Numbered from the whole stretch's first letter, positions 36,137-50,222 are shown. The stretch is 61,970 nt of DNA, filler included, from Dugesia japonica (GCA_001938525.1; 4 parts of 4 records of this genome joined end to end with filler, not necessarily neighbours in it); one strand, 5' to 3'. The notes: a model not told the origin generated them from the sequence alone. Made by a program: numbers and translations.

Positions 36137-38901
36137 TGTGAGTGTTTAAGAAAGAAGTTGAAATTTTTTGTGCTTTGATTAGAAACTGTTTTTTAAAAAC
36201 TTTTTAAAAAAAATTAAAAATCACAAATTAATTAAAAGTTAAAATAATTATTTTGAATGGATGTTTGATCTAAAATTTTCCAGCTGAAATTATTTTTAAA
36301 AATATTAAGAAAAAGGGTTTGAATGTCAATAAAATTTTGCAACTGAAATTATTTTTGAATGAATCTGAAATTTTAAATCTATTAGAAAATAGTTTTCAAT
36401 CAGATTAAACAAATAATGATGTAATAGTTTTTTTTGAAATAAATTTTTTTTAGTTGAATTTTGATATTGATAATCCTGGATCTCAAAACTCATCTTCGCG
36501 ATAAATACCGATGCGACCACAGCAAGATTGTAGCCAAAATTATTTTGCAGAGGCAATGATCTGGAAAAGTTTATTAAACGGTGTGAAATATACTTTGAGG
36601 CAAAGAACATCGTTTTTAAGAAAGATCAGGAACGTTGGGTAACAACTACGTGAAGATTTAATAAAAGCATATATGAAGATATTGAAGAAAGCGGATGAAT
36701 ATCGAGAAAGATTGCGATTAGCTTTTGAGAGCAAGAAAGACATAATAAAAGATTTACAGAATCTTGTAAGCTTTCGACTTGGTGATGAAGAACTTGAGGT
36801 GTTTTTAAAAATGTGGAAGATTTGGTCCATACATTTTTAGCAAATGGAGAGCTAACGATAGAAAAACTTTTATCAAAAATGCTAATAATTTGTGCAGATA
36901 GTAAAAAAGCAGAAGAAGAGATTATTATTCAAAAATTGGAGAAAGTAGAAGATATAAAAGAAATGCTATCCTTGGTTGAAAAAATAGAAAGAAGAGAACC
37001 TATTAGTAGTAAAGACTTACGCGGGTGTAACACGTGGAGAGCGTTTCGGAGAGAGAAGACAAAATATCTAGAGAGTTACAAAAAGAACGGAACCATAGTG
37101 TCTACTATGCCATAGTTATGAGCGTATAAAAAGAGTGTCCAAAATATTCTCATGTGGTATGATGTACTTGTCACAAAAAAGGCATTTAAGTAGAAATCGC
37201 CCAGACAAGAAACCACCAAAATGTTTTGAGTGTGGTAAGATTGGTCACGTCAGAAGGATGTGCACAGAAACTGTATGTGTTAGATGTAAAAACCGGGTCA
37301 TGGAGCGGAAGAATGTTATTCGAACATTAATAAACCTAGACTAGAAGAGAGAAGATACAATTCTAAAAGCGGACAACAAACAAAATATTGTAGTCGGACC
37401 AACCCAATTCATGCCACTCGAGAAGAAGATGACGAACAAAACGAAGAGATATTTTTTGAGAGCATAATAGAAAATGAAGATCTAAGAAGAAAATACCCAA
37501 AAGGTTAGAGCTACTTCAGTAGAGGAGTTGGTCAGAGCCATTCATTAAACGAGATACCGTTTAAATATCATCCAGAAGCCGAGAAATGGGATGAGACTAG
37601 TAAAGTGAGAGAAAACGTTTACAGATTCCTAAAAAGAGAAAGTTTCAATGATGCGAAAGTTAACAGAGCAGAAGTGATAGGAATAATTGAAGAGAGACAG
37701 AATGTAGAAATTTTGTATGATAAAATGTAAGGGAGACCTAGAATTTCAGTGATGATCAAGGGTGAACAGTTTGATTGTTTGTTAGATACAGGAGCAAGAA
37801 TAAATGTGATGAGCATGAAACGATTTAAAAAGAAACAATATTAGAGAAAAACGAGGAAAGATTGCATTGCGCGAATAACAGCTCATTGAAGACAATTGTA
37901 AAGATACGCTCGAATTTGTAGTTTCAGAGGTGTGCAAGGAAATAACATTTAAAATAGTAGAGAAATTAATACCAGATCTAATTGGTGGAGTGTAATCATC
38001 TTCAAAATAAGTGCATTGTAGACATCAATAATCATCGAGGAAAATTTGTTAGCAACATCAAGGCAAAATTTGGAATGCCGATACAGACAGGTGAACAATG
38101 GAGACATGCAATGGAGATTCTAGAAATTAACAAAGATCATAAATTGACTGCGATTATTCAGAATAATGAGGATGTATTTATGGCGGATAAATGAGACATT
38201 GGAAGCACACGCTTAACAAAGCATCGAATAATCACTAAAGAGGTCCAATCAACATAAAACCGTATCGCCAACCAATGAATCTAGAGGAGAAGATTGAAGA
38301 GACCATCAAGAAAGATGAAACAAGAAACAAGAACNAAGATCGTCATAAATAACCCTATAAGATCAAGAAGAAGGTTCATGACAGACGTTACATCCTGGAA
38401 GATACAAACGGAAAAAGTCTCGAAAAAAACATAGAGAAGATCAAAAAAATTCTTAAAAGGGGGGGTGTGAGTGGTTTAAAAGGGAGTTGAAATTTTTGTG
38501 CTTGATTGGAAACTGTTTTTTAAAATCTTTTTCTAAAAAAATTAAAAATCACAAATTAATTATAAGTTAAAATAATCATTTTGAATGGAAACTTGATCTC
38601 AAATTTTGCAGATGAAATTATTTTTAAAAATCTTAAAGCATTTGAATTAAAATTTTACAATTAAAATTATGTTTTAAAAATATTAAAAAAGTGTTTAAAT
38701 AAGAATAAAAAATTTGCAACTGAAATTATTTTTGAATGAATCTGAAATTTTAAATCTATTAGAAAATAGTTTTCAATCAGAGCATGAGGTTTTAATTTGT
38801 TTGATTAAACAAATAATTATATTATAGTTTTTATTTTGAAATAAATTTTATGTAGGTGAATTTTGATGTTGATAATCCGAGTTCTCAAAACTCATCTAAC
38901 A
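36137..38901 (+). mobile_element. Internally deleted Ty3/Gypsy LTR element (gag and protease, no RT/RNase H/integrase core)
   Basis: LTRs 36137-~36499 and 38466-38901 (TG..CA), PPT AAAAGGGGGGG, flanks GTAAT/ATAAT (5-bp TSD, one mismatch), CFECGKIGHVRRMC knuckle and LLDTGA protease. Confidence 0.9.
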
Positions 38902-39089
38902 ATAATTATTAAATTTATGATTTTAAAAATTAAATTAATGGTCAAACTGTTAATATTTTGAAAGTGAGGTTAAACTAATTAAATTTAAACTATTAAATTT
39001 AGTAGTACAATTATGACTCCATATCCTATATATACATTTCTTACAATTTTCAAAAATTTTTATACTAAATGTTTTATTTTGCATTTTGT

Positions 39090-39385
39090 ATGACTACATT
39101 TCTGCCAGAAAAAACGTCATTTGCGGAAAGCATTACGTTTTATATTCAACTTAAAGAAAGTTGTTATCAATGCACATAAATTGCTTGTAGAGGCTTATGG
39201 TAACCATGATTTGGCTGAAAGAACTTGTCGATAATTATTTCAATGATTCAAATCCGAAAATTTTGGTGTGAACGACAAGTAGCACGGAAATTTACGAAAT
39301 AAATTGGAAGACGATGGACTGCAAGCGTTATTGAACGAAGAAGATTCTCAAATGCAAGAGCAATATCATCAAATAAATTAAGAAA
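39090..39385 (+). pseudogene. Mariner (Mos1/mauritiana-like) transposase N-terminal HTH fragment
   Basis: HLRKAL.F.FNLKK....HKLLVEAYG......TC...F..FKS..F.V.DK.HG......ED..LQALL.E resembles the Mos1 N-terminus. Confidence 0.85.
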
Positions 39386-39811
39386 ACNNNNNNNNNNNNN
39401 NNNNNNNNNNNNNNNNNNNNNNNNNNNNNNNNNNNNNNNNNNNNNNNNNNNNNNNNNNNNNNNNNNNNNNNNNNNNNNNNNNNNNNNNNNNNNNNNNTTT
39501 AAAAATAATGAATGCAATTATCAAATCTTTCGCTTCAAAATTATTTTACTCCAACAAAAATTTTGATTTGTTTTCTCTTACAGTCTAAAAATAGATAAAA
39601 TTCCAATAATTTTAATTTACTATTATTTATATTTTTAAAATATTAAAAATAGCGAAAAACCTTTCTAAATATTAAAAATTCGAGAAATAATTTTTGTATT
39701 AATACTTTATAAATATTCCTGTAACTAATTTTAAATATATTTTATTTTATTTATGCATATTTAAGAATATTTAAGGAAAGATGAGTTTTAAAAAATTAAA
39801 AGATAATTGTA

Positions 39812-40100
39812 AGTAGATGGATAGTAGCGCATGGCCTCATATTTTACAATTTTTATTGGTAGCACACGCGTTTGTAAAGTTTTGGTATGGCCGGAATTTT
39901 AAGGTCAAGTGGCCCAAATTTTAACCGTTTTTATTGGTCGAATTTTTTAAGGACAAGTTCGAGTGACTTGATTTTGATGAGTCATTGATATTTTCTGATG
40001 TGGTAAGGTCAAGGTCATTTGTTTTTTGTTTAAATTAATTCATATTTTATGATTTGTTTAAATTTACCGATATTTCAGATGTTTATTTAAATAAAGTTAT
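39812..40100 (+). mobile_element. Polinton-like terminus pointing right
   Basis: AGTAGATGGATAGTAGCGCA matches the other termini. Confidence 0.6.
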
Positions 40101-40188
40101 GCAAAGACTTCTAGGGATTTTTCAAAGAAAATCGATGGTAAAACCTATTTTGTTTAAGTGAATTTCCCAAGGGCAATATTAAGATTAG

Positions 40189-40521
40189 ATGCCTTTTAAT
40201 CATTGTACAAACGATCGAGATGACAATATGCAAAAAAATTCAAGATATGTTAATAAAGTATATGATGAAAAAGATGATCTATGCAAATGTGATAAATTAT
40301 ACTATTTTGATGAGAAGACGAATAAGTTTTATGAAGAACAAGAAGAAGATGAAACTTTGAACAAAAACAAAATTGTCGAAATNNNNNNNNNNNNNNNNNN
40401 NNNNNNNNNNNNNNNNNNNNNNNNNNNNNNNNACAAAAACAAAATTGTCGAAATATTGAAGATGTTAGAACTAAACGTTGAAAAAATTAAAAAATTTCTA
40501 AAAAGGTGGAATGTTAGGTAA
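40189..40521 (+). CDS. Hypothetical small protein next to the Polinton-like terminus (spans an N gap)
   Basis: ORF with plausible amino-acid composition. Sequence duplicated on both sides of the gap suggests the true length is shorter. Confidence 0.35.
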   Translation: MPFNHCTNDRDDNMQKNSRYVNKVYDEKDDLCKCDKLYYFDEKTNKFYEEQEEDETLNKNKIVEXXXXXXXXXXXXXXXXXXKNKIVEILKMLELNVEKIKKFLKRWNVR

Positions 40522-41025
40522 TTTTAAAAATTTGCAAATATTTTTAAAATGTAATGCAATGTTATTAGTTTAAATTTTTTAATGTAAATAATTAGTAAAA
40601 AATTTTAATAATTAAATTTTATTGCTTTATTTTTTATGAAAAAATTTTCATAAGTTATTTCATTAAGTTAAATCATTAAGTTTAATTAAAATCATCCATT
40701 TAAATGAAAATTATTAAGTTAAAATTTTTATAATATTATGTAAAGTATAAATCATTACTTAAACAAAAATTAATTTAATATTAATTTAAAATGTATTAAT
40801 TAAAAACTTATTAATTAAAATCTTATGAACTTTAAAAACATTTTCAAACCAATAAAACCTTTAAAAACTCTATACGAATATATAAAACTAAATAGATAAC
40901 CTATAAACTCCTATAATATTTTAAAGAAACCTTATTAAAACTTTGATTTATCGTGCGATTTCATTGTTTCAATTGCATTTATGTTGCACAAATATGACTC
41001 ATTTTCTTGGTTTAATTGAATTCCT

Positions 41026-41215
41026 GTTGTATTTAACTTGTTATAGATGCATTAGTGTTATATTTTTCTAGTTATAGATGCATAAGTGTTGTATTTTCTT
41101 TGTTATAGTTGCATTAGTGTTGCATTTTCTTTATTATAAAGGATTTCATGTTGCACTTTCTTTATTATAATTTCATTCGTGTTGCGTTGTCTTTGTAATC
41201 ATTGCATTCATGTTA
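41026..41215. repeat. ~31-bp tandem repeat, about 6 copies
   Basis: TGTTGTATTTTCTT..TTATAGATGCATTAG iterations. Confidence 0.75.
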
Positions 41216-42709
41216 ATAGAGAAACATAATGACATATCATCCCCCCGTCAAACTAAAGTGATTTTTTTTGTTTTTGTTTTAATTAATGGGTGATTTTTGT
41301 AAGATTTTAAAAATGATCTCTTCCACTCTCATCGTTTTCTTTTTAATCATATAATTCCTCCTGAATGCTCAAACTTTTAGTGTTCCTTCTAATAGACTAG
41401 CCCTGTAAAATTGAACAAGATCTAAAATTATGGCCACACTTGCCGCAAATTAAACATTTTGTCTTTATTTATCTTTAGGAGCGACTATGACTATATGTAA
41501 TTGAAAAATAAACTACACCCAATTCTGTTTTTACATGATTTTGATTTAACACAATTTAAAAAAAGTTTCATTCTCTTTTTACATGAGTTGTTTTGATTTA
41601 CCACGATACAAACGGTTGTAAATATATATAAACAATATATATATATATATATATGCCTTTTTAGTTGTAGGAAATTCACGTAATACAATACATAAAAGTT
41701 TTGTATGCACTTGAATTTTGAGCTTCGTGTTTAAACAAAGTGTGGAGAAGTATATTTTTTGTTAAAAAAATTTATACGAGTTTATCTAGTGATAGCGGTG
41801 GTATTTAACTCTTAAGCAAATATATGCGTTTAATATAACAGAATGATAGTGAACAAAGTTTTATTGCATATTTTCTATTTATTTTTATTATTTTTAATGT
41901 TTATCAATTTTTGAGACGCCTATTTTCATTTATAAATAAATAATAATTTGATTTTTTGAAAATGTGCAATCTCTATGAAATAAAAAGTGCAAGTAATGAA
42001 TTTTAATTTGCTTTCTTGTAGATTTTCTCTATTTTTATTAGATCTCTAACCGATCATCTATTTTTCATATATGCGAAATCTTTCTACACGAATTTGGCTG
42101 GAACGTATCTATTGTGATAAACCAGAATTGGGTGTATTTAAGAAAAGGTTAACTTAAACAAAATATATAAAATAATTGAGAAGACTTTAAAAGATTTTCA
42201 ATTATAAAATCAAGTTAAGAAAACTGACGAAATTTTTATATTGGAAACGTCAAAGTTGCACAAAGTTGTTGGAATATAAATGGCTTTCTGTAATAGAGGT
42301 GCTTATCGTGTTATCTAAAAATGTCATTAAAATTAAAATCAATAGTATTTGTCTATTATAATGATCAAGAATCCCCCAATTGACTAAGTAAGAAGATATT
42401 ATAGATTTAAATTTATACAAAATTTTCAGATTTAGAAAATTCTGAAGAATTGCTTTTGTACAATCATAATAAATCACTAAGTTGTCTTTAAATTAACAAT
42501 TTATTTTTTCTTTTAAAAGAATTAACTATCGAGTTAATTCTAACTGGAAATTCAATAAAGATTATTCGGTTTATTATATTTTACATCAGAAAATAAATAA
42601 ATTTTAGTAATTACTAGGTAAACTATTCAACTTCCGATTTTAACAAATAAATAATTAATTTAACATTGTGAAATTTTTGAAAATTTTCTAGAATTAAATA
42701 CATGAATAA

Positions 42710-42809
42710 NNNNNNNNNNNNNNNNNNNNNNNNNNNNNNNNNNNNNNNNNNNNTTAATTAATTAANNNNNNNNNNNNNNNNNNNNNNNNNNNNNNNNNNN
42801 NNNNNNNNN
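42710..42809. other. Artificial contig linker
   Basis: 44 N + TTAATTAATTAA + 44 N. Confidence 0.97.
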
Positions 42810-43854
42810 TTGATGATTATAATAACGTCGTATTTATCATATTTATTATTGGAAATTTCATTAAATCAAAAGCTTATATACAAAATATTGTTTAATTTTG
42901 TTATATTTCTTTTTTTTAGTTATTGATAGTACATCGAATTTTCGACTTTGTTTTCATTAGGAATTGAAATTTTTGTAGAGACAAAACGATCGTTTGTATG
43001 AGAATCATCATTATTCTATAATTGAACATTTAATTTGAAAACTTTCCCCGGTTATATTTTATTTACAATGTCAATTTTTTTAAGCGCAAAATTTAAATAA
43101 CTTTTCTATGAAATTAATTAAAATATTAATATACTTTATTAGTAATTTTTAGTTCAAAATTTGAGAAAATTTCTTCTCTTTATAAATTCAGCCAAATAAT
43201 TTTTCTATTTATTCTATTCTTCGACGGTTAATATTAAAGTGTCAATTTTAATTTTAGGCTTTCATTAAGATTATCAATTGATGCAAAATCTTCAACACAA
43301 ATTTCAGTAATCTTTCTGCAATTTTTTTACCTTTTAATTCGAATTTTTCAGAGATTAGAAAATCCTTTCGAATTAATAGAGTCAATAATATATTTTATTT
43401 AAAGAATTCTCCGATTTTTTTTGCTTAAAATTCTTACCCTTTAATTCATAAATATTTTTTTTTACCCGTTTAATAAAATCTTAAATATTTATTATTTTTT
43501 TTTTATTATTTATTACTTACATCGGATAAGCTTAAAAGAAAATTGTTAATATTCTCAACTGATTTTTCATATCGGAATTTTTCATAAAAAAATTTAAAGT
43601 AATCAAAAAGTTCGAATTAATGAAAATGTATTTATTCGATTTTTCGAATAATTATAATAGTAATTACTTTATAAAATTTAAATTTTAAAAAATCGAGTTA
43701 CTGAAAATATGTCGAATTAGAGATGATTGACTGTACTTAATAAAATTTACAAATTTAAAATTATTGATTTAATAATTTCGAGAAAATATTTTTATATTAA
43801 TTTACTGTATTATTAATGTAATGAATATACACAACAGGTTACATTTCCACACTT

Positions 43855-44170
43855 CACAGGAAGAAACATGAAGAATTACTCATTAAACAAGATAAACCTA
43901 AAATCAATGTATAATAATTAAAGAAATTGACCAATTAAAATTCATTGAGATAAAATCAATTCCAAACTTTTTATTTGAACAATAAGTCAAAAAGTTAAAT
44001 TCTGAAGAAGACAAGTCGAAAATTCTAAACACTATCAACAACTAAAAAAATATTTAAAATATATAAAAAAAACAGCATTTTGACCGAAAATTTTAAAAAG
44101 ATGAAATTTAAAATACGATCAATAGTTAAGTCCAACAATTATTCTCACAATAAGTATAACTGTAAAACTA
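43855..44170 (+). mobile_element. Penelope-like 3' end: GIY-YIG C-terminus, hammerhead motif and conserved tail
   Basis: HRKKHEELLIKQDKPKINV* (E..LI....P..N motif), then CTGAAGA-AGAC-AA-GTC-GAAA at 44002-44021, then the CGATC..GTCCAACAATTATTCTC tail. Confidence 0.7.
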
Positions 44171-44282
44171 GAATATGTACAAACTGAAATATAAAGTCTA
44201 ATATAAATTTTACAATTGCAATTATTGCGAGAATAATTGTTGGACGTAACCATTGATCGTTTCTTTTTTGGTTTTTGATAAC

Positions 44283-44318
44283 ATTTCTATATTTCGACTT
44301 TGTCTTCGTCAGGAGTTG
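44283..44318 (-). ncRNA. Minimal type I hammerhead ribozyme motif (Penelope-type)
   Basis: Reverse complement reads CAACTC-CTGACGA-AGAC-AAA-GTC-GAAA-TATA-GAAATG; core intact, stem I weakened. Confidence 0.65.
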
Positions 44319-44345
44319 ACTTTAGAAAGAATTGACTTGAAAAGT

Positions 44346-44382
44346 AGATTTCTGACGAAGACCAAGTCGAAATATAGAATTG
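44346..44382 (+). ncRNA. Minimal type I hammerhead ribozyme motif (Penelope-type)
   Basis: AGATTT-CTGACGA-AGAC-CAA-GTC-GAAA-TATA-GAATTG; intact core, stem II GAC/GTC, palindromic ATAT stem III. Confidence 0.75.
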
Positions 44383-45091
44383 TTATCAAAAACCAAAAAA
44401 ACAAATTTTGATCGAAGCTTTTGTTTAAAGGCTTCATAAAATTAAAGATATAGTTTAAAATTTTAAAACAAAATAATTTTTAGACATTTGTTTACTAGAA
44501 ATAGATTATCACTCATTTTTCATTCATGTTTTTAATATGAATATAATTATGACGATATTTAATTTCACTTCTTTTAACAGTAGAAAAACTAATGGAAAAA
44601 TCAATAAAAAAAGTCATTTTAATTTATTAACCCTTTTTTTACTTTTTAACATTGAGTCTTAAAACGACTTTGAAATGAGAAATTGTCGGATTTTAGTACA
44701 ATGTTTTCAAGTTTTTTTTTAAAATTTTACGTATCTCACCAATTTAAATCAACCAGTAACTGTACTCTTTACAATAATTATTTATAATTTCATTCATCAT
44801 ATTACTACTTACTAAATAATAATAATAAAATTTGCTACTAATTATTAATAATAAATATTTGTTTGAAAGCACTTAATTTCCTGAAATATTTCACTCGAAT
44901 CATTTGTTGTAAAAGTATTTCAATTTTCATTTGACATTTATTAATTATGATAAAATAACAAGTGGTAACATGTTTTGTAAAAATAAAATTTTTGTTGGTA
45001 TCTTCACGATTTTATTAAATTATGTTGTTTCTTGTCATTAATGATTATTATTCACAACCCAATCCATATAAACATAATAATAATAATAAAC

Positions 45092-45141
<50 letters not shown>

Positions 45142-45203
45142 NNNNNNNNNNNNNNNNNNNNNNNNNNNNNNNNNNNNNNNNNNNNNNNNNNNNNNNNNNN
45201 NNN

Positions 45204-45250
<47 letters not shown>

Positions 45251-46547
45251 TTTACAATTGCAATTATTACGAGAATAGTTGTTGGAATAATTCGATTATT
45301 ATAATTAATATAATTATTATATTAATAATAATAATATTAATAAATAAATAATTTAATTTGTTAATAAACACAATTAGAAATTAATCAATAAGTTTATACT
45401 AAAAACAAATTTTTAAATTTTATATTTGCTTAAAAATACTTTCAACAAATAAGGAAATAAATACAAATTTAATTATTTTTAGATTTTATTTAAAGAAATA
45501 GTAGTTGCCTCGTGACAATAGTGCTGTCCATTAAAATTATCTTTACTGTTATTAAAATTATTAATTCTTTTTGAATCGTATATTAATAGATAAATCTAAT
45601 GAATTTCGATTTAATTTGTTTTAATTTTACATTTTTATTATCTAATTTTTAGAAATGATTTTTTTTTCTTACTCTGTTTCATATTGAAATGTTTTCCATA
45701 GAGAGTTGAATTTTTTTCACAGTCAACAAAGTAAATTAGGAATTGAATTTCTGAAAATATGTCTTACTAATTTTCTTCTAAGTCTCATTTGATGTTATAA
45801 ACATTTGTAATAGAAATTTGTAAATTAAAAGAACATTTGTGAAAGTTTATTTAATTTTCTGCTAATAAATGAAGACGATTGTATAGACAGACATACATAA
45901 ATCGTAAAATCGAAAAGTAAACTAATTCCTGTTGATGTATGAGAAAACGAATTAATGCAGGATATATGATGCTACAATTAGTCAGTAGTATATAAAATAT
46001 AGTTAATTATTTGACAAATTATTTGCATACATATACCTGATTGTTTACTATTTTTATTTCTGACTTTATGACAATAGTGGCTGCTGGCATTTCAATATTA
46101 TTGTTACATAATTTCTTTTAGACAATATTTTTATTATGATATCATATATAAAAAACACACCCTTTTTTTTAATTGTTTTACTTTCATTTTAGCAATGAAA
46201 AATACTGCTTTTGACCAATCAATTTTGATATTTTTAATGAATTTCTTTCTAGAGACGTTTGACACTTTGAAATGTTTTTTCTGTATAAAAATAAATGCTG
46301 ATATAAACCGTATTTTACGTGAAAGATTTGGTAATTATCATTGTAATAAAAGAAAAATTTGGTTAATTTAAGTAAAAATGAAAAAAAATATTTTTATTTT
46401 ATTTAATCTGATTCATTTTTAATTACAAAGAATATTTTTAAAAAATTGAATAAAGATAATTTATAAAATAAAAATTAAAGGCTTTATTTTAAATTGTTTT
46501 TTGTTAATTATCGATTTTATTTTTTAAAGTTTTCTATTGGATAAAAC

Positions 46548-46594
<47 letters not shown>

Positions 46595-47819
46595 NNNNNN
46601 NNNNNNNNNNNNNNNNNNNNNNNNNNNNNNNNNNNNNNNNNNNNNNNNNNNNNNNNNNNNNNNNNNNNNNNNNNNNNNNNNNNNNNNNNNNNNNNNNNNN
46701 NNNNNNNNNNNNNNNNNNNNNNNNNNNNNNNNNNNNNNNNNNNNNNNNNNNNNNNNNNNNNNNNNNNNNNNNNNNNNNNNNNNNNNNNNNNNNNNNNNNN
46801 NNNNNNNTTTCAATATTTAAATGGTTCACTTCATAGACGTTTCTTAGCAATTATTTGACGGATTTTCAGAATTCAATTATCAATAGATAAGCCTCTTCAA
46901 GACAAACATTTATTTCACTTGCTTCATTTTGCTTTCTCTCACAGACTTTTTTAATTGAAAATTGTCAAATCCTACCTGCTATTTCTTTAAAATTGATACT
47001 TTTCATAAATTAACTTAATTAATTTAATTGATTTAATATGTTTAAAAATTTTCCACAAAACATTATTCGAAAAATTAATTAAATATTAAAAAAAATTATT
47101 CAATCGACTATTATTTTAATTAAAAAAATTCCTGAATTTCATTTCAAGAAATTTCCCGATTTTTTCTGGATCAGAAAGTAATTATTAAAAAAAAATAAGA
47201 TCGCTTTTTTAGTCGACAAACGGTTGAAAATAAGCGGTAAAATATATTTTTGAATTTCATACTTTGCGTATTTGTCGAGTGTTTCTTGTCAACAGAAGAA
47301 CCGTAAAAAGTCAAAAAGCAATTAAAATATTTGGTGTTGTTTTAAATTGAACGTTTGAAATCCAAATAGTTTTAAATTAGTGCATTTGCAGTAAAAATTA
47401 TACATGATCAATCTGAATTTTGTTTTAATGTATTCAATTACAAATTATTTTTAATATAATCAACAGGAAGAGAGGATATTTTGAAAATCGCTTTCGGTTT
47501 TGATTGTAAATTTTTTATGCTGATTTTCGACAAAATAATCTCTATTATTATCAATGTTTTTAAACTTATTTCCAATATTTTGATAATTCTAATGATAAAA
47601 TTATTATCAAAGAATAAAATTTCTAGACTTCAAAATCGATTAAAAATTTTTTTTAAATTACAATCTAGTCCCGATAATTGACGTTTAAATTTTTATTGTT
47701 TGAAGGAAATTGTTAGGATAACACAGGGGTTCATTAATTTTGCACCCGTGGTGAAATGTTGAAAAAATGGAAAAAATAAATTTTAAAATAAAAAAAAGAA
47801 AATATTATATATCTCATCT

Positions 47820-48395
47820 TAAAAACATTTGGAACAGCTTGAAGGTAGATTTCAGCAATTTACCATTATCGAATCTGTGCCTACATGTTTTCTAAATTCT
47901 TTTACTGCTCATTTCGACATTATCGAAAATTCTAAATCGATAGCAGAACTTTTTCATGAAAAAACAACGAAATTTAAAGAGAATTTTGATCTTTCAAAAT
48001 GCAATTTAGTTGATCATTTGAAAAAATGAATTTTCAATATCAAATCCTGTGCAAATATATATTTCCAATCATAAATATTAAAAATTCTCAACTTACTTAT
48101 GTCAACCTTGAAGATTGCTTATGATTGGGTTTATAATCTTGCACACTAACTGTGAAAAATTAGCATTAATTAGCACTAATTGAAATCATATAATAAGTAT
48201 ATAATAGGTTATATTAAATATATTTTACAAAATGAATGTTATAATAATATAAAGGGCATCATAATTTTATTTATTTATATTTTGCAATCTCGAATGAACT
48301 TGCGCCACAAAATTTTGAAAATCCTTGGGATTAGATATAATAAGTATTTGCTCATGGTTTTTTTAACCCGTTAAACCTGATATTGAGGATCCCAG
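47820..48395 (+). mobile_element. hAT (SPIN/Buster/GTF2IRD2-like) transposase C-terminal remnant and 3' region
   Basis: LEGRFQQF..IE....FLNSF and a ..LKIA......H* ending resemble the C-termini of this family. Confidence 0.45.
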
Positions 48396-50088
48396 ATGCA
48401 ACAATTTAACGTGACTACCAATAATATTTTTGAACTTTTGACTAAAAAACAAAATATAAAAAAATTACACCTGAATTAATAACTCCTAATTTTTTTGAAA
48501 AAAAANNNNNNNNNNNNNNNNNNNNNNNNNNNNNNNNNNNNNNNNNNNNNNNNNNNNNNNNNNNNNNNNNNNNNNNNNNNNNNNNNNNNNNNNNNNNNNN
48601 NNNNNNNNNNNNNNNNNNNNNNNNNNNNNNNNNNNNNNNNNNNNNNCAAAAAAATAATGAAATTGGAGTTAGTATCAATAATATTTGTCATTTTTTATTT
48701 TAAAATATATCAATAATGTTATTTGAAAATTATTAACCAATCAAGATTTGATTTTCTGTTTTTAATTACACATGATAAATCAATTGTTTTTGATTTTGAT
48801 CAATAAAAATCTATTGATTAACATTTNNNNNNNNNNNNNNNNNNNNNNNNNNNNNNNNNNNNNNNNNNNNNNNNNNNNNNNNNNNNNAAAAATTTAAATT
48901 GTAAATTGGAATTACTGAATTTTTTAAGTATTAATTAGGATGTGTAAAATTATCTTTGATAATAAATTTTTTTTTTAATATTCAGAAATTATTATAATAA
49001 TTTTTGACTTGTGAATTTGCTTTTTTGGATTTAGTAGAAATCATGGATGTACATTGGGAAATTTTATTATAATTAGTAAAAGTTATTAATTCTCATTGTA
49101 ATCAATTTATCTGATATTATAAAGGAAAATCGCTGATAGTATTAGTTAATGCAAAATTATCAACAATGTTTTCAATAAAAATAATAAAATTATATTCTGT
49201 TCGTTTTATTGAATATTTTTAAAAATATTTTAATGTTTTTAATCGTTTCTTCATTAAACCGATTTTAAGTTAATAAGCTTTTTTAAAAAATATAATTTTA
49301 AAAAATGAAATAAAATTATTTTCTTAAATAGAAATTGAAATTCTAAATTAAATTTTAATAATTATTAGTTATTTTAAATATTTCAAATTATTTCAAAATA
49401 TTTCAAAATCTGAACCAATGTAAAATTAAAATATTTCAAAACGCTAAAATATTTTTTGAAAAGAAAAAAAAAACTCATCTGTCAATTAATGACACATTTT
49501 CGAAAGTTTTTTTTCTCGTTTATTTCGTCTAGTAATTAATAATTAATCAATAATTAAATTAAAAGTCAATTTTATTATCAATGACCCCAATTATATTTAA
49601 AATAATTAATAAATTTAATTATTAATTTTATACATATATTTTATTTCAATAAAAATGTAAACTAAAATTTAAAAATTTTTTAAAAATTGATTTTAAAATT
49701 TTCGAAAATAAGAATAATAAAATTGAAAATGAATTTTTAATATCAAACTAGTAAAAAAAATTAATTTAATTTTTTTTCTATTTTATTATATGATCGAGAA
49801 AAAGTTCAAGAATGACATTTAATTTTGTTTTTATATTTTCTAATTTAACATGTTCTCTACCCAATCTAGATTCGTGTTTGCAGATCGCATAAAATGCTTA
49901 ATTATATTCTTTTATATTCTATTTCATTTAACTATAAATTTCACTTCTAAAATCGCAATATTTTAATTGGTAAACTATTATTTAGTGAATACCAAATTTA
50001 AAAAGCCTGCTGAACAAAAATTTACTTTCTTTTTTCGATTTCAGCAAATTCTGACATTTTCGGTTTCTTTCATGATGCGGATTTATAG

Positions 50089-50222
50089 TATTGTGGTATT
50101 ATTGGTATTGTGGTATTATTGGTATTGTGGTATTATTGGTATCGTGGTATTATTGGTATTGTGGTATTATTGGTATTGTGGTATTATTGGTATTGTGGTA
50201 TTATTGGTATTGTGGTATTATT
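50089..50222. repeat. 17-bp tandem repeat (TATTGTGGTATTATTGG), about 8 copies
   Basis: Near-perfect iterations seen directly. Confidence 0.92.

Noticed and set aside
30677-48716. ORF-track entries made of poly-I/N/L/Y or X (30677, 35792, 45022, 46524, 48442 and others)
   Set aside because: They are translations of (AAT)n microsatellites and N gaps.
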